From: Octopus sinensis
Lineage: Eukaryota
Reading direction: 5' to 3'
DNA length: 64,000 nucleotides
Assembly (NCBI RefSeq): GCF_006345805.1
Contig: NC_042999.1
Span: forward strand, 137,330,001-137,394,000
The position numbers were made by a program, and so were the translations under genes. Below, in pieces: positions 1-13,745 of the stretch (its first letter is position 1; the number at the start of each line of letters is the position of its first letter). Under the pieces are notes generated by a model. The model was not told the DNA's origin. It saw nothing but the letters and a program-made list of their open reading frames with translations, and made no database searches.

Positions 1-3000
1 TTTTATTTATTGTTTTGTCATAGCTAGAACAGTTTTTTTCTGTTTAAACTTGATGTAATTTTGCTGATTATACTGCTTGTTCTCTGCTCCACCATTCAAA
101 AGAGAAAAAAAACTGGAGTATTTTTTGTGTTGTCTTTGATGTTTGGAATGAATCACTTTGTATTTCAAATGTCTTTATTTTTTTTTTTTGTTTATTGTAT
201 TTATTCTTCTCATAAAAAGAGCACAGTGGTGTTGAAACCAAGATCCTGGCAAATCATTCCTGTGATCTGTGTTCTATCCCTGGTGGTAGCTAATTCACTT
301 TCTTCTCTAATACACCAGTAGATGGGGAGGCGTGACCATTACATATCCATTCTGTCATCTTTTTAAATTGATTTAATTGACCATTCATTAATGGCTATTT
401 CTGATAATAGAAGGTGAAGTAATTTATTTTTTATTTCTCTATTATCTCCAGTGCAGTATTATTCAGCCTCTTCGAAGGTACATGGGACATAGCTTATATG
501 GCCCACAATAGCTGAGAAGTCAGTTCATTAGCTATGTGTTGCACTCTACTCATGATCAAAACCTTTAAACTTTGAAGGGATTATAATCTACTTAGCTGTA
601 AATAGTTAAAATGTTATGGTACAAATATTGCTATAATTGAATGCTGGATTCAAAACCCGTCATTGATATAGTTTGGTAATTGCCTAGGTTCTACCAAAAT
701 AACCTGCCATAGATTATAATGTAACGTCAAAATTTTTAGTTATGTCCCTCTTATAGTGTAGTCAATAGGTTTCCCTGCTGTCAATGATAATCAATATTGT
801 CTTCTTTAAAAATTGCATTGACAAATGTCAACTGCTGAGCATTCCACCCACTTCAGTGTAGATCTGTCGGTATTCCAGCCATAACTTTTTACCTAAAAAG
901 ATGATCTTGAGATGCAAAGAGAAAAGACAATTCATAACTGTTGTCTTCTGCAGCCCTGCTATATGCACTACTACAAATCAATGTGAAAATTTGTATATGG
1001 TTACTCAAACCAGCTAAAAACAGCTGTCAAATTTTCTTTATAAAATATTCTTGTTTTAAAAACAGAAGGAAACATTAAATAATAGTTCAGTTCTATTTAC
1101 ACTGGCTTTGAAAGTACAGGTTGATCATGAATGGAATGCTTTTGATCATAGGTTTGTGCAGTTGGCTAACTGTAGTTAAACAAAATGCCCACTATTCTCA
1201 AACATTTGGAGATCTTAAAAACCACAAAGACTATCAATTATTGCTAAAGTTTCTCAGGAGAAGACCAGTGTTCATTAGCTTTACAGGCCCTCTTAGACTG
1301 GTGATATTGATGCTGTTGATACCCAACCAGAATAATTTGCAAGTTATTGTTGTCAAGATAAACCTGAACAAGGAGAAAACCAGAGATTTGCAACACAGTA
1401 CAACATAGCACAAGCATCGGTTGGTAGTTTTATACTAGGTGGTGCATTAGGCTTGTCTCTATCATCTGATGTAGGTCATATTAAAAGCAAAACTACATGC
1501 TTTAAATAACTACATGATTAACAGAAAGATTACATTAAACCTTGTTGCCAACCGCTTTCAGTGAAATGCAAGGATCTATTGTTGACCAATTCTATTTTGC
1601 CTTATGCTACTCTGGATACCACCAAAGTTAATAACAGTTAATGTACCAGTGCCACATTAAAAGCAGTGTACATTCTGTAAAATGGTTGATATTAGGAAGA
1701 GCATCTATCCATAGAAGCCATGCCAAAACAGACAAAATTAAACCTGAATCACTCTCCAGCTGGCCAATGCCTGTCAAACCATCTAACCCATGCCAGCATG
1801 GAGAATGGACATTAAATGATGATAAAAAAACTACTGAAACATATCCTCAAACACTTACAAAAATGAAAATTATATGGTGGTGTAGATAGGTTAAATACTA
1901 TTTTCATGTTGGGTTGAAACGAAAGTAACATTTCAAGACAAAATGAAAAACCAAAACAAATTGTATATGGTTTCTGTATATATATAATATATATACTACT
2001 TCACGATTATATCTATTACTTCTAAAAATTTTATGTACCATACAAAATCAAATACTGGAAAATGTAAAGGATATTATGTGTATTGAATATCTTCAAATAA
2101 AGGTATGTAATTCATTTATACAGGAAATGAGACTAGCAAAAATACTGCTGCTTGTTGCTACATTTAGTTCCACACATGTTCATGCAAGTACAAAGAGAAT
2201 AAAATAAAACTCGTTCCTCATTGTTTTTTGTTTTTTTATAGGACTGGGTTTATTATTATTATTATTATTAAGCATCTATTACTTTCAGTTGCCTGTGTAT
2301 AGATTCTTGTAGCAGCATGAAGAAAGGAAAAATACAAGTTACCAATTTTTATCACAATTACATATAAATTTTGTTTTGGTTTACAGTTTGTCTTAAAATT
2401 ATCATTTTATTTCAATTCAACTCAAAAATATAACTTAACCAACTGTATGTACAGCATAGTCCCCAAAATAGACTGAAGTTCCACATATATGGGGTGCATG
2501 ATATATGGGCTGACCCTAAAAGATTTAATTGATCTATTTCTGTCATAGGTCTCCCATAGCAGATATGATCAAGGTGGATCAACTAAAACAACTACAACAT
2601 ATTTACAATAAGTACTTTTATACTGTGGCTATTTTCTCATATTACATCAGTGTCTGTTCTTCCTGCTTTATCTTTTTTCTGTACCTATTTATAGCTGCAT
2701 GTAATTAATGTTCTCTGTCCTCATTTATGTTCTTTATGTCCATCCCCACCAACCCATGTATAGAATTTAAATGTCTACAGAATGTATTGCGATGGAATTG
2801 GAAAGGGTGGAGCATGGTTTTGTTGACTGTATTGGAAGATTTTTTTTCCAGTAATTTTCTTTATTTTGTTGTTTTTATTCTTTACTGCATTTATTTATAT
2901 ATTTAAACAAGGCTTTCCTTCTATGGCAAGAAAGCAACTTTTAAGTGATGTGCAAAGCTTTGATAAAACATACACACATGCAATGTGATTGATTGCTATT

Positions 3001-6000
3001 GTAGCAGAACATAAGTTCTTCAATAAAACAATATCCCAAAAATGTAATATATTACAGCACACTTTACTTTCATATTACCTACAACACTAATGCGTATTAT
3101 TTAAATGGTCTCTTTTTTTTTTCTTTGTGTAAATTATACATGGTATTTGTTCAGAAAATTGTGTAATTAACACTTCATAACAAGAGTAGGGGATGTCTAG
3201 GGTATTAATAAGGGTGGCTTTGAGTCTAGAGTATTTGTGGGATTGAGGAACATTTGATCAAACTATTTGAGAATTTCTACCACAGACTTTGTGTTGGTTA
3301 CTTATTTCTGGACATGTGATCAGAAATGGTTACACATTCATTTGAGTAGTGACACAGATCTGAGTGCAGATCCTGTGTCAGTGGTTGAGATTTACAGTTT
3401 ATATTAGTTTCTATAAAAATTTAGCAGGTGAAGGATTTCCCTCCCTCTCTCTGTGCATGTATGTGTGTGTGATTGAAGTCACAGGATATGATATTAGACA
3501 AGTGTCCAAATGGTTCTACGTTCAAATTTCTGCAGTCACTTCGTTGATTACTTGAATGATGCACTAAGTTTCAGAAATGTTACTTGAGGGAGACTAGCAT
3601 CTTATCCAGGAAAATGTTTCTCATCCATTTCAAATGGTGAAATCAGAAGTTAGTATTATCCTTTAAAATATCCTCAGGGATTAGCATATGCTTTCATGCA
3701 AAGCAATCTTATGTATTACCTAATGTAGGAATTGAAACTGCACTAAATGTTTGTCTTAACCATGTTATATATTCCTTTATCTGCAGGCAGAGGTTGTATC
3801 CTCAAAGGTACCAATTTACAGGTTGGGTTCCTGAAAGTGAAGTGTCTTTACCAGAGACATAACACTGGTAGTAGTACCAGATTGTTAACTTTCTAGTAGC
3901 TTGTCAGATCTTCATTCTTTCTACTTTAAACTTAACTGCAGTTCTCTTGATCAGATGATGATTTAACTTCAGTGAGGCACAGCATTTATAATTACTGCAC
4001 TGCACATTTCCACTCACACACGTAGTCACTCTCTTACTCTCACTCATTCTCTCTTTTCTTCTCTCTTACACTCTATTTTATGTTTACTCACTCTCTCTCT
4101 GTTCCAGCCAACATGTAATTCAATCCAGCAACACTGTTTATTTCAGTGATTTCGTTTGTGTGTTTATGATCTCATATTATTCAATAGTTTTCATTACAAT
4201 AATTTACATTTTAAATTACTTTGTTGATTTATTAACTTTATACAACTGGGGGTGTTTAACACAGTGCAAGTACTCAGACTTTCAGACTCCTATTGATTGC
4301 ATTTTTTATTAAAGTTTTAAACAACTACATATACAAGTCCTATTTATATTACTTTGAGCAATCATGAAGAAATTAGTCTAAACATGTTTGTTATATTTAC
4401 CTGTGATTATTAAAAATATTACTATGTGAACCAATAAATTCTTGGTGAACCAATTGTGTAATTGAGTTTTTGTTTTTAATCCTCATTGATACCCATAAAT
4501 CAATTACACTGCTGGGAAACAACTGAATGTCACAACTTCTAGTTTCCTCATACTCTCCAATTCTATGATCTCATGCTTATCTAAGATACCATTATTAATG
4601 GATTTTGGTGTGATATGGTATGATATAGTAGTAAATTTTCAGTGAGCTAGTTTTCAGAACCAATAAGTTATGCTTCACTTACTGCAATAATGCTTTGGGA
4701 ACTATATACATGGTATAAATTCTCATTTATGTTTCCTCTCTCTCTTTCTGTCTCTTGGCATTTTATGGCTTTATGGCTCATTAAGAGATAATTATTAATA
4801 AATGGAAGTTTAATGGAAAACAATTGGCATTTCTTGTCTTCAATTGTTGTTTTATTTCTAAGTTGTTCAGGAAATTGTACATGGCATTAAAGTTTCTAAT
4901 ATTAATGGTGGCATAAATGAGTTAAAAAACTTGACCTAAATTAATTACAGGAAGATGTTTGAGGTTCTATGTAGTCAGTTCTGATTATTATTATGGTTTA
5001 TTTGAAAATGATTTCTAAAGTCTATTTCATTGCTTCATTGTAAGAAAACTCATAACTGTTTTAACTTACGTATTTTTTAAACATTACTTTTAAATATAAG
5101 AATTGGTAGAAATGGCAGAACATTGGATCAGTAATAGTTAACTATTAGTGGACAAGTCCACCTAACCATAACTTGGTGGCACAATATAGTTAACATCTGT
5201 AAGCTGCTGCTTCAGATGTAAACAAGTATTGCTGTAGCTCTGTAGTTCTATTTTTCTGGTGAACTCTCTAAAATACAAATATAAAAATGAAGAGTTCTAT
5301 GGTACCACAATAACCTATGGGTCCAGGTATTATAGCTGTATCCATTTTGGGTTAGATTCCACTACAAGGTACTTTCTGTAAATGTCTGGTGCCTTTAGTT
5401 GAGTTCACTCTGTTGCAAGCATTTGTGCTAGAATTCTGGTTTTAAGATAATTTCCTCCTCTGACCAGGCCATAAAAATTGGCAAAGTATAACAGTGTGTG
5501 TACACTGAACACTTTAAGGAAAAGGGAAAGTGTCTTAACATTTCAAATGTTACTCTTTTCCTTTTAATGAAGGTCTATCAAGAGAGTGAGAGAAAAAGAT
5601 ACAATAAAATATATATATATATTAATGCTCTCAAGAAATGTATGAGCATTCATCCTTGAGTCAGTTCTGTGCTGTATCCTTCAATGATTCCATATCATGT
5701 TTTTTTTTTTTTTTTTAAGAGTTTGCCAGACCCTTAACCAATACATTTTTCATTTTTGAGAAAAGGAACATTGTGAGTGGTCCCTACAACCCTCTCAGTG
5801 CAATATAGCTAAAAGGGAGAGAGTATGAGAAGAATCTACTTAGGTGCTTGACTAGTACTCTAACTCATTGAATCCAAATGGATGAAACAAAAAACGAAGT
5901 TGAAAAAGACTTGGGTAAAGAGAGAGAGAGGGAGATCAAGGGGCTCCTCCAAATGCTTGCAACAATGAACTTTGCTAAAATGATCTAAGAACCAGATGAT

Positions 6001-6080
6001 GTTAATATGGTTAGCATGAAAAAACCTATAGCTTGCAATTATTACCTTGATTTTGTTACTCTAACATTTGTCTTGCAGGT

Positions 6081-6401
6081 CTACATTTCAAAGGAACTGA
6101 TTTTATAGTCAAGATACATTGAATAAAAAATTTGATGGTCAGGCTGGAATGCTTTTGTTCAATGTTCTCTTCAGGCAAGGCTGACCTGGTGCTAAACAAC
6201 ATTCTTTAATTTTCTTAAAGTTATATCAAATACTACACAATCACATTCTCCCTGTGAAAAGGTGTGGCCTTTCTGCTAAGACATCAATATTACATAGTTG
6301 ACACTGAAACATATTAATAAGAGAAATAAGTCTTATTTCAGGATTATTTCAGATAAAATGTATTGTTCTGTTGTTCGTTCATTTTTGTCAATATACTAAA
6401 C
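6081..6401 (+). repeat. Local direct duplication, copy 1 (~320 bp)
   Basis: CTACATTTCAAAGGAACTGA...CAATATACTAAAC recurs at 7226-7543 with only a few substitutions and one 3-bp indel. Confidence 0.95.
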
Positions 6402-7225
6402 TACCACATTTTGAAATGACTGAAAGAAGAGGATGTGCTTATTTTTGTTGAGTCTTTTTCATTTAACATATTTCCAGTATTATTTTATTTTGTCAAAATA
6501 CATGGCTAAGAGATAAACCTCACTTGTTTACTCCCAGATCAATTATTGAGTAGATTTATGATCAGACATTCCAGTAGTGACCATATCAACTTTATTTTTA
6601 GACACAGTATATCCAAGACTAGACAATGTATTCATTTTTTTAATTTGGTAAAATTTGGCTGCTATTTTTAGAGGTCTCATTATCTATGACCATATAGAGG
6701 TCTCATTATAGCTTTGTGCCCATATATTAACTCTTATTTTGTCTGGTTCTGTAAGAATGAAAAAACAAAATTGGCCTAGTCTTGATTTGAACTCAAACAA
6801 ACAAATAGCAAACCAAAAAATTATCATGTCAGGATTGTTCGGTTACTGCCAACATCTAACCCAAATTCTGCTATTATGCAGGTCAAGTGTGATGACATTA
6901 AGAAGTGCAATAACAGTATGGGACTAAAATTCATTATGGTATTTTAGTCATTGTGCATTCTTCTAAGTTCAAATCCTTCCAGAGCTAACTTTATTATTCA
7001 TCTCTATGGGATCAGTAAATTAAATACCAGTAATATACAAGAATGAGAGCAGGTTTATTTTTGTCATTTATAATCTTGTCTAGATAAAATAAATTTTACA
7101 GTGTTGATACCTATCATAGGGTTCAATTTTCAGTTCTTAAAGACAATTTCTTTCATTTTATCTACCTCTATATGCAATCACTAGATTTGCTAGAAATAAT
7201 AGTCAAATTTCTCATGAATTCAATC

Positions 7226-7543
7226 CTACATTTCAAAGGAACTGATTTTATAGTCAAGATACATTGAATAAAAAATTTGATGGTCAGGCTGGAATGCCTT
7301 TGATCAATGTTCTCTTCAGGCAAGGCTGACCTGGTGCTAAATAACATTCTTTAATTTTCTCAAAGTTATATCAAATACTACACAATCACATTCTCCCTGT
7401 GAAAAGGTGTGGCCTTTCTGCTAAGACATCAATATTACATAGTTGATACTGAAACATATTAAGAGAAATAAGTCTTATTTCAGGATTATTTCAGATAAAA
7501 TGTATTGTTCTGTTGTTCATTCATTTTTGTCAATATACTAAAC
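7226..7543 (+). repeat. Local direct duplication, copy 2
   Basis: Near-identical to 6081-6401; here it continues an upstream interspersed-repeat segment (CTAGAAATAATAGTCAAAT...), so this is probably the donor copy. Confidence 0.95.
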
Positions 7544-8071
7544 CTTTACTATTTTGTTATCAATTAATGAATATTTTAAAACATTTCTTATTTCTGGAAT
7601 TTTTGTTGTAATAAAGATTGTCACATATGCAATTTCTGCACTGATGTGTGCACATATATATGTAAATATTTTTATATTATTTATATTATTTTTATATTAT
7701 TAATATATAATTTGAATGTATATCTGTACTGTATATGGGAAGTGAAAGAGGATGTATTGAAAATTATAACAGTTAACTATATCATCATGCATAAACCCTA
7801 GAATATAATGACCTTTATGATTCTGTCATTTGGCAAAAGACTGTTAATTGTAAATGAGTGTGAATCAAAAAGTGAGGTCTGTTGATATGTAAAGGAAACA
7901 AAAAACATTTTAAAGCAGAGCCTTTGCACAAATGTTTTATTTTTTTACTCTTCTCCAAGGAAGGCTTTTGCTTGAATGTTTTGTTTTTACTTTGCATCTC
8001 AACACATATCATTTATACACTTTTTCTTCAACTGAACTTTAAAAATGTTTCATAAGTAAATTTATGTTTAA

Positions 8072-8324
8072 CCCTTCTGATACCAATCTACCTGAGACTA
8101 CTCATGGTTTGATACAAGACCACCTGTTTCAAAATAAGTCATATTTAAATTAAACCCTTCTGTAGCAATTTTATGTAAGAACCATTTACTAAGTTCTGAT
8201 CTAAATGCAAACAACCAGCTTAACGGAAAAGTCATTTTACTAAGCCCCACCAAATTCTTGCTTGCTTTCAAAATAAACAGAAGTTTGGATAATATATTTC
8301 ACTGAAAGTATAATCAGAAAAGGG
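8072..8324. mobile_element. piggyBac-like MITE
   Basis: TTAA on both sides (8068-8071, 8325-8328); short TIRs CCCTTCTGAT / ATCAGAAAAGGG; no ORF; a related partial copy lies near 19460-19635. Confidence 0.75.
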
Positions 8325-8516
8325 TTAAACAATTTGACAATGTGAAATACAGTACTATATATTTTGCACATTCTGAATCTACACACTTGTTTTATATATA
8401 TATATATAAAAACAGATATACTGATATATTTTTGGATTCTTTTCAGAAATAGGTCAATATGGTTTCCTCATTTTCTGATGTTTATTAGCCATGATACTAT
8501 TTTCTCTATTTCATAG

Positions 8517-8929
8517 CTACCAGTGTGAATGATGAAATGGAGTTTGTCAAGATGCGTTATAAGTCACCAGCTCGAAACAGTTTCAAAAGCAGTTACAATT
8601 ATGGCATAAACCATGCAACCAGTTTTGATAGCCTTGGTGCCGGTGGCTCACCTAGTGTGATCAGCTCTGAACAGCCCCCTAGTTATGACAACCACATGTA
8701 CGACTCTACTGCTGCTTGCTACAGCACTCCAGCTAGTGGTGTTGGAGTAAGTAGATCCACTGCTGCTAATAATCCTCTCTATGCAACTGTTGATCGCCAG
8801 AGCTTACGCAACAAGGCCAGTCAACGGTCGAAATCTTCAAAAAAGGACTCTAACAAGAGGAAAGACTTACCTTGGGTTCATGTCAGCCCTTCGTCAAATT
8901 ACACAAATCACCAGCTTACCAACTATTAA
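8517..8929 (+). CDS. Terminal coding exon of an unidentified host gene; low-complexity Ser/Tyr-rich C-terminal tail with PPSY, NPLY and YATV motifs, possibly a receptor or adhesion protein cytoplasmic domain
   Basis: Pyrimidine tract plus AG acceptor (TTTCTCTATTTCATAG, AG at 8515-8516); phase-1 exon open to TAA at 8927-8929; GC content above the flanks; non-repetitive protein-like sequence; followed by UTR-like DNA and a poly(A) signal. Confidence 0.8.
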
Positions 8930-10327
8930 CAATAACATTAAAAACAAAAAGGAAGCTTGCATTTTTAAAGATATTTAAAAAAAAAATTACAAAAACTAAC
9001 AAAAATACTTTGTCTCTGAAACAAAATGTTAGAGGCAGGGAATATGTGAAACATTTTTTAAATATGGAAAGAAAAATCTCCTAAGCGGTATATAAATGTA
9101 TTTAAGATATACATTTTTTTTATACTCGAGGGCATTTTTCTTATTCTTTGCCTTGCATATTTAAAATGAGATGTGAATAAGCAATTGTCCAGTTAATGTT
9201 TAAATTGATGCTATAACCTTGTCCTCACAGCACATCTGACAAACTTCTCACTCCAGCTGCCATTAGAATTCTGGCAAGACAGGAAGAAATCAGTGGCTAC
9301 CACAACTAACTACACTCCCATTAACCTCTCAAAAAATTATATAAGGATCTATTGATCTTTGATTTTGTCATCTGCCAACCATTGTTACAGACACAATACA
9401 TATACACCCAAAAATACATGTGCACATTCCAACAATACACAGACCAGCAATTACATACACACACACTTACATACTCATGTATACATACACAATCACACAC
9501 ACAACTCTCACTTGTATTAAACTGTACTGTAGATTGCCTGAATGCAAGACTGGTTGTGGACACAAGTTCAAATCTTGATATATATATATAAAGTACATGC
9601 ACATACAAAACTTTACTCCTTCTACCCACACCAAGTAACAATACCACTGTACCCCTCCTAGTACCAAACACTTGATTATACACCTATCTTACTATCAATC
9701 TCCCCACTTCCTCAACTACCACTTTAATAAACATACCATCCACTGCTAGGGGCAATATGCAATCATACTCTAACTGCACTTTTCATTTGAGACCCTTCAC
9801 CAATTCTTTACTAGTGTTTTGCCACTATTTCTAACTCTTTATGAAGCCTCATATGGAATGGAAAAAAAAAAGGAGGGGAGGAGTAAAAAGTGAGATGTGG
9901 AGTAAAATGATGCATTTCCCCCTCAGTTATAAATGTGGCATACTGGATGTTGTCTCAACAGATTGTCTGTTAGCAATATTCTGACCTCACTCATTTAATA
10001 TATATATGTATATACACACATATATACATTTATATGCAAACACACATGCATATATACATTTGTGTGTGAGCACATGCACTTATTTTATAAGTGTACAAAG
10101 AATCCATAGATGAGGTATTAGTTAAGCTTTAATGCTAAATGTCACTGGGTATGAAATATTTGGTGTGTGTGTATGTCTAATAAATATATATCTTACAGCT
10201 CTTCGTTTTTGCATATTTTATTTAATATGCAACCAAAGAGTCTGTTTGCCAGTTTGGTGTTGAAGTAATAAAACCTTCTGAAAGACCCTACACCAAACTA
10301 ATTATGTTATCAAATAAATGCACATAC

Positions 10328-10360
<33 letters not shown>

Positions 10361-11330
10361 GTAGGACATTAACACTATACCTGTGTATCTACATGGATGC
10401 TGGCAATCTTCAGTAGACAGAATGTGAGAGCAATAATATTCATAAATAAATCCATGCATGCATACAGATTTTTATACACTCTCCAACACTGAATGATTTT
10501 GCATTTCACACTTCAAAGATTTTGCATGCGAAACCAGTAACGTGTATATTCATGCACTGCAATAAACAAAATATGCACCTCTGTACATACACACTCACAT
10601 ACTCTGACTAACTATATACAGCCCCTGCACACATACACAGCCACACACACACACATACATCTACTCATGAATGCTGTTATATTAATGTAAATATTTTAAA
10701 CAAAACTGAAACCATTTATTTACTACAACCAAATGAATCTGAGTCTTTCATATGTGATCCAAGTTGCTTTAGCCCTGCTTTTCTTTCTTTCCCTGAAACA
10801 TATACACACTTCCTTTCTCTCTCTTAAAGTCCTACATCACTACATTTACTAACATCTGCACAGTGGTCTGTTATATACTATTCTTACAACAGTTGTTTTT
10901 GACTGTAATATTCCAGCTTATCATTTGAAGGGGGCTTATACAACTCTCACATGATGAGGTTTCCTGTTTTTTTTATTTTCTTTGGATTTTCTTCCACATC
11001 CCCACTCCATACACACCCCTCAAAAAAATTTAAATGATTATTTTTTATTTCTTTTTTATTAACAGAAAAAACATTTAACTGATTTTGAAATTAAAATTCA
11101 TAATTATATTAAAAATTGTTAAATGAAAATTATATTGAAAATTGTTAACTATAAAACAAAATGTTCATATATATAAATATTTATGTATGTATAAATATAT
11201 ATATATGTGCAAATTAACCTGTGCTGACAAAATACTTATTAAAAAATAATTAAAAATATTACTAAAAGTGTTCAAATTATTAAATCAATCTGTTAAAAGA
11301 TTGCCAAATAAACATTAAAAAAATCTTTGT
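8930..11330 (+). other. Probable long 3' UTR (~2.4 kb)
   Basis: Transposon-poor, AT/AC-rich stretch between the stop codon and an AATAAA followed by a U/GU-rich element; transposon density rises after about 11.9 kb. Confidence 0.6.
11307..11312 (+). terminator. Polyadenylation signal AATAAA
   Basis: AATAAA followed by TCTTTGTTTTTATTCATCCTTTTTTATTTTCATCTTTTGTGTGTTG (U/GU-rich downstream element); other AATAAA hexamers occur in the UTR. Confidence 0.55.
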
Positions 11331-11980
11331 TTTTATTCATCCTTTTTTATTTTCATCTTTTGTGTGTTGATATGCTGTTGTTTTTCTTGTTCTAAGAAAT
11401 AAATGCATTTATTTACAGCCAAGTTAATTGAAATTACACAAAAAATTTTGAAGTTGGGGAAACAAACATCAATTGTTATACCAAATAAAAAAATATTTGC
11501 TACTTTATAAAAAGCCTTAAGGGAATTTTAAACAAAGAAGATGGACATAAAATAATAACATGTATGCAGGGATTTTAAAAAAATACTGCTAACATATATA
11601 CTTCAAGTTACAGTTATGAGTGTCTCATTGTATAGTATAGTGAGTTACTGATCAGGATTAACAATATGAATTACAGGCTATAGTGATCAGGAGTGACTTA
11701 GAGTAAGTGGAAACAAAGGAGGAATATAGAAGTTGATTGCTCTTGGTAAACTGTTAAATGTTGATTTATTCAGTCAGGAGATAGTGTAATCTTTTAGTGT
11801 TTCAGAAGATATTTGTCAAAGTATTGGCATTTTGTGAATGTATCTGATCTGATATCCACAGTCTGTGTGTTTAAGGTTGACGAATATGAAACCTCTTTTA
11901 CCAAAACATAACCAACATTTTGTAACATTTTTGTATGGTCGGTATCTTTCCAAAATTTTCCACTTGTTATCAAAAACAGT

Positions 11981-12214
11981 AGCATGTTCTTTCAAAATCA
12001 AGACATAATTGAATAGTTTTGCTGAAATGTTGTTTTTTTTTTGGGGGGGTTTAAATTTCTAAAAGAAGTACAGTTGAAGCATCAATGTTTAAATATCCCT
12101 TCCACCATACCTATGAAGTGTTCATACACAATATTCAGATTTGATTTGGTGAAGGTGACTCCTGATCCATAAATTATCGCTTAAGCATTGCATGGCTGAC
12201 TCAGGTGGCAATCA
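11981..12214 (+). repeat. Old duplicated segment, copy 1 (empty site of the mariner at 14006)
   Basis: Aligns by eye with 13822-14005 joined to 15220-15256. Confidence 0.8.
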
Positions 12215-12300
12215 TTCGTATTTTAGCCTCAGTTAATTTAATTAGTTTACTTAACATTATTTACATTCGACAGATATTTTTTTTCATCTTGTTTGTTGTT

Positions 12301-12329
12301 AACACAACGTTTTGGCTTCTTCAGGTGTC
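12301..12329 (-). ncRNA. Degenerate minimal hammerhead ribozyme (stem II collapsed, G12 to A)
   Basis: Minus strand GACAC-CTGAAGA-AGCC-AAAA-CG-T-T-GTGTT: stem I GACAC/GTGTT, palindromic stem III ACGT, triplet GUU. Confidence 0.6.
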
Positions 12330-12638
12330 TTGGGGAAATTTCGAACCTGAGTTCTCCAAGGTATTTTTCGATGTTATTATTATTATTAGTGTTCAAGTCA
12401 CTGCTTGGAATCGAACTCGGAATCTTGGGGTTAGTAGCCCGCGCTCTTAACCACTCTACTGTGGGCAATTATGGAGTGAATTTTAGGGCTTATAAATCTA
12501 ATATTTTTCTGTCCTTCCTTAATACCGGTTCCCATATGCTATTCATGTCTGCACTCAGTCTGCCTAGGAGGTTCTTGTGTCCTAGCATATGTACTGCTTC
12601 TTTTAGTTTTCATATTTTCCAGTGGTGTTCTCTATCTA

Positions 12639-12965
12639 TTATTTTAACTTCATCCCACAGGGGAGGTGGTCTCCATTTTTCCATACATGATTAGCTATAC
12701 CCGATTTATCAATATATCCTTGTGGCACAGCTTTGCGATGTTCATCTACCCTTATTTTGAGAGGGCGGCATGTTTTGCCTTTGTATAACCTACCACAGCT
12801 GCATGGGATGGAATACATGCAGTCTTTGGTCATATTCTCTTCTATTGGTGGTTTTACTTGGAGATATTTGCGAAGTGTTGTATTATTCTTGAATACTGTC
12901 CTGAAGTCATATGGGCCACATATCTTTTGTATCTTTTCAGAAAGGCCTTTCAGATAGGGTAGACA
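12639..12965 (-). pseudogene. Penelope-like RT thumb/linker and GIY-YIG endonuclease fragment
   Basis: LPYLKGLSEKIQKI...MYSIPCSCGRLYKGKTCRPLKIRVDEH...SGIANHVW matches the VYxIPCxCGxxYIGxT...RxxEH pattern of PLE endonucleases. Confidence 0.85.
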
Positions 12966-13134
12966 GACTGTGGACAGTATATCAGCCAAAACATTGTGTT
13001 AACAACAAACAAGATGAGAACAAATATCCGTCTAATGTGATGAATTCCTTATCTCTTAAATATAGAACTGTAGTTTGCTTAAATTTTTCATATTGGTGAT
13101 ACAACTGTAACATAGTCTTAGGTTATATCACATA

Positions 13135-13745
13135 CAGGTGCTGGATAAAATAATGGAAACCTCTTGTTAAATGGAAGTTTTATTATAGACCACGTCCACC
13201 TTTAGCTTCAATCACAGCTTTAATATGACAAGAAATTGACTCATACAGGTTCAAATGGTTTTTAGGGGAATTTTGAGCCATTATTCAAGTAAAACTTGTT
13301 TTATCTCTTTCAGCAATGATGGCAGCCAGAATTAGCATTTCACTTGATGCTCCAAAATATACCATAAATATTCAATTATATTGAGATCTGGTGGTTGGGG
13401 GACGCAGGCAATCTAAGTGGTCAACTTCACATTTGTGCTCTTCATAGCAATTTTGAATAACATTGTTAGCCATGTAAATTAGTGTATTATTTTCTGAGAA
13501 GATTGTGCTTCCACCAGAGAACAATGTACTCAGGGTAATCTTTGGTGTTAACTCTGCCATGTAAAACAACTAAATGGTCAAGAGGATGCCATCATATGGC
13601 TGCCCAAATCATCACAGAGCTATTTCAATACTTTACAGTAGGGGCCAAATTAAGACGAAGACTTCTTTGGGTTGTCTCCAAACATAAACTCATCCAAAGT
13701 GATGGGGGGGTGGGAATGAATATTGATTCATCAGAGATGATGAGC
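13135..13745 (-). mobile_element. Decayed Tc1-like transposon remnant (one TIR and transposase 3' half)
   Basis: TA followed by CAGGTGCTGGATAAAATAATGGAAAC, similar to the TIR at 25706; interior aligns loosely with the DDE region at 25760-26340. Confidence 0.75.

Larger units (their letters stand above)
12250..13071 (-). mobile_element. 5'-truncated Penelope-like retroelement with inverted pLTR ends
   Basis: GIY-YIG-type coding remnant on the - strand; inverted repeat about 12260-12317 vs 12983-13040; hammerhead remnant in the terminal repeat; extra tail on one repeat. Confidence 0.85.

Noticed and set aside
61-321. Hydrophobic 86-aa ORF at the window start
   Set aside because: T-rich intron-like composition, TTG start, no convincing splice-site pair
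4355-4400. ATGAAGA...AAACATGTT resembling a decayed hammerhead
   Set aside because: Both core segments are mutated, stems I and II are not convincing, and there is no long inverted arm
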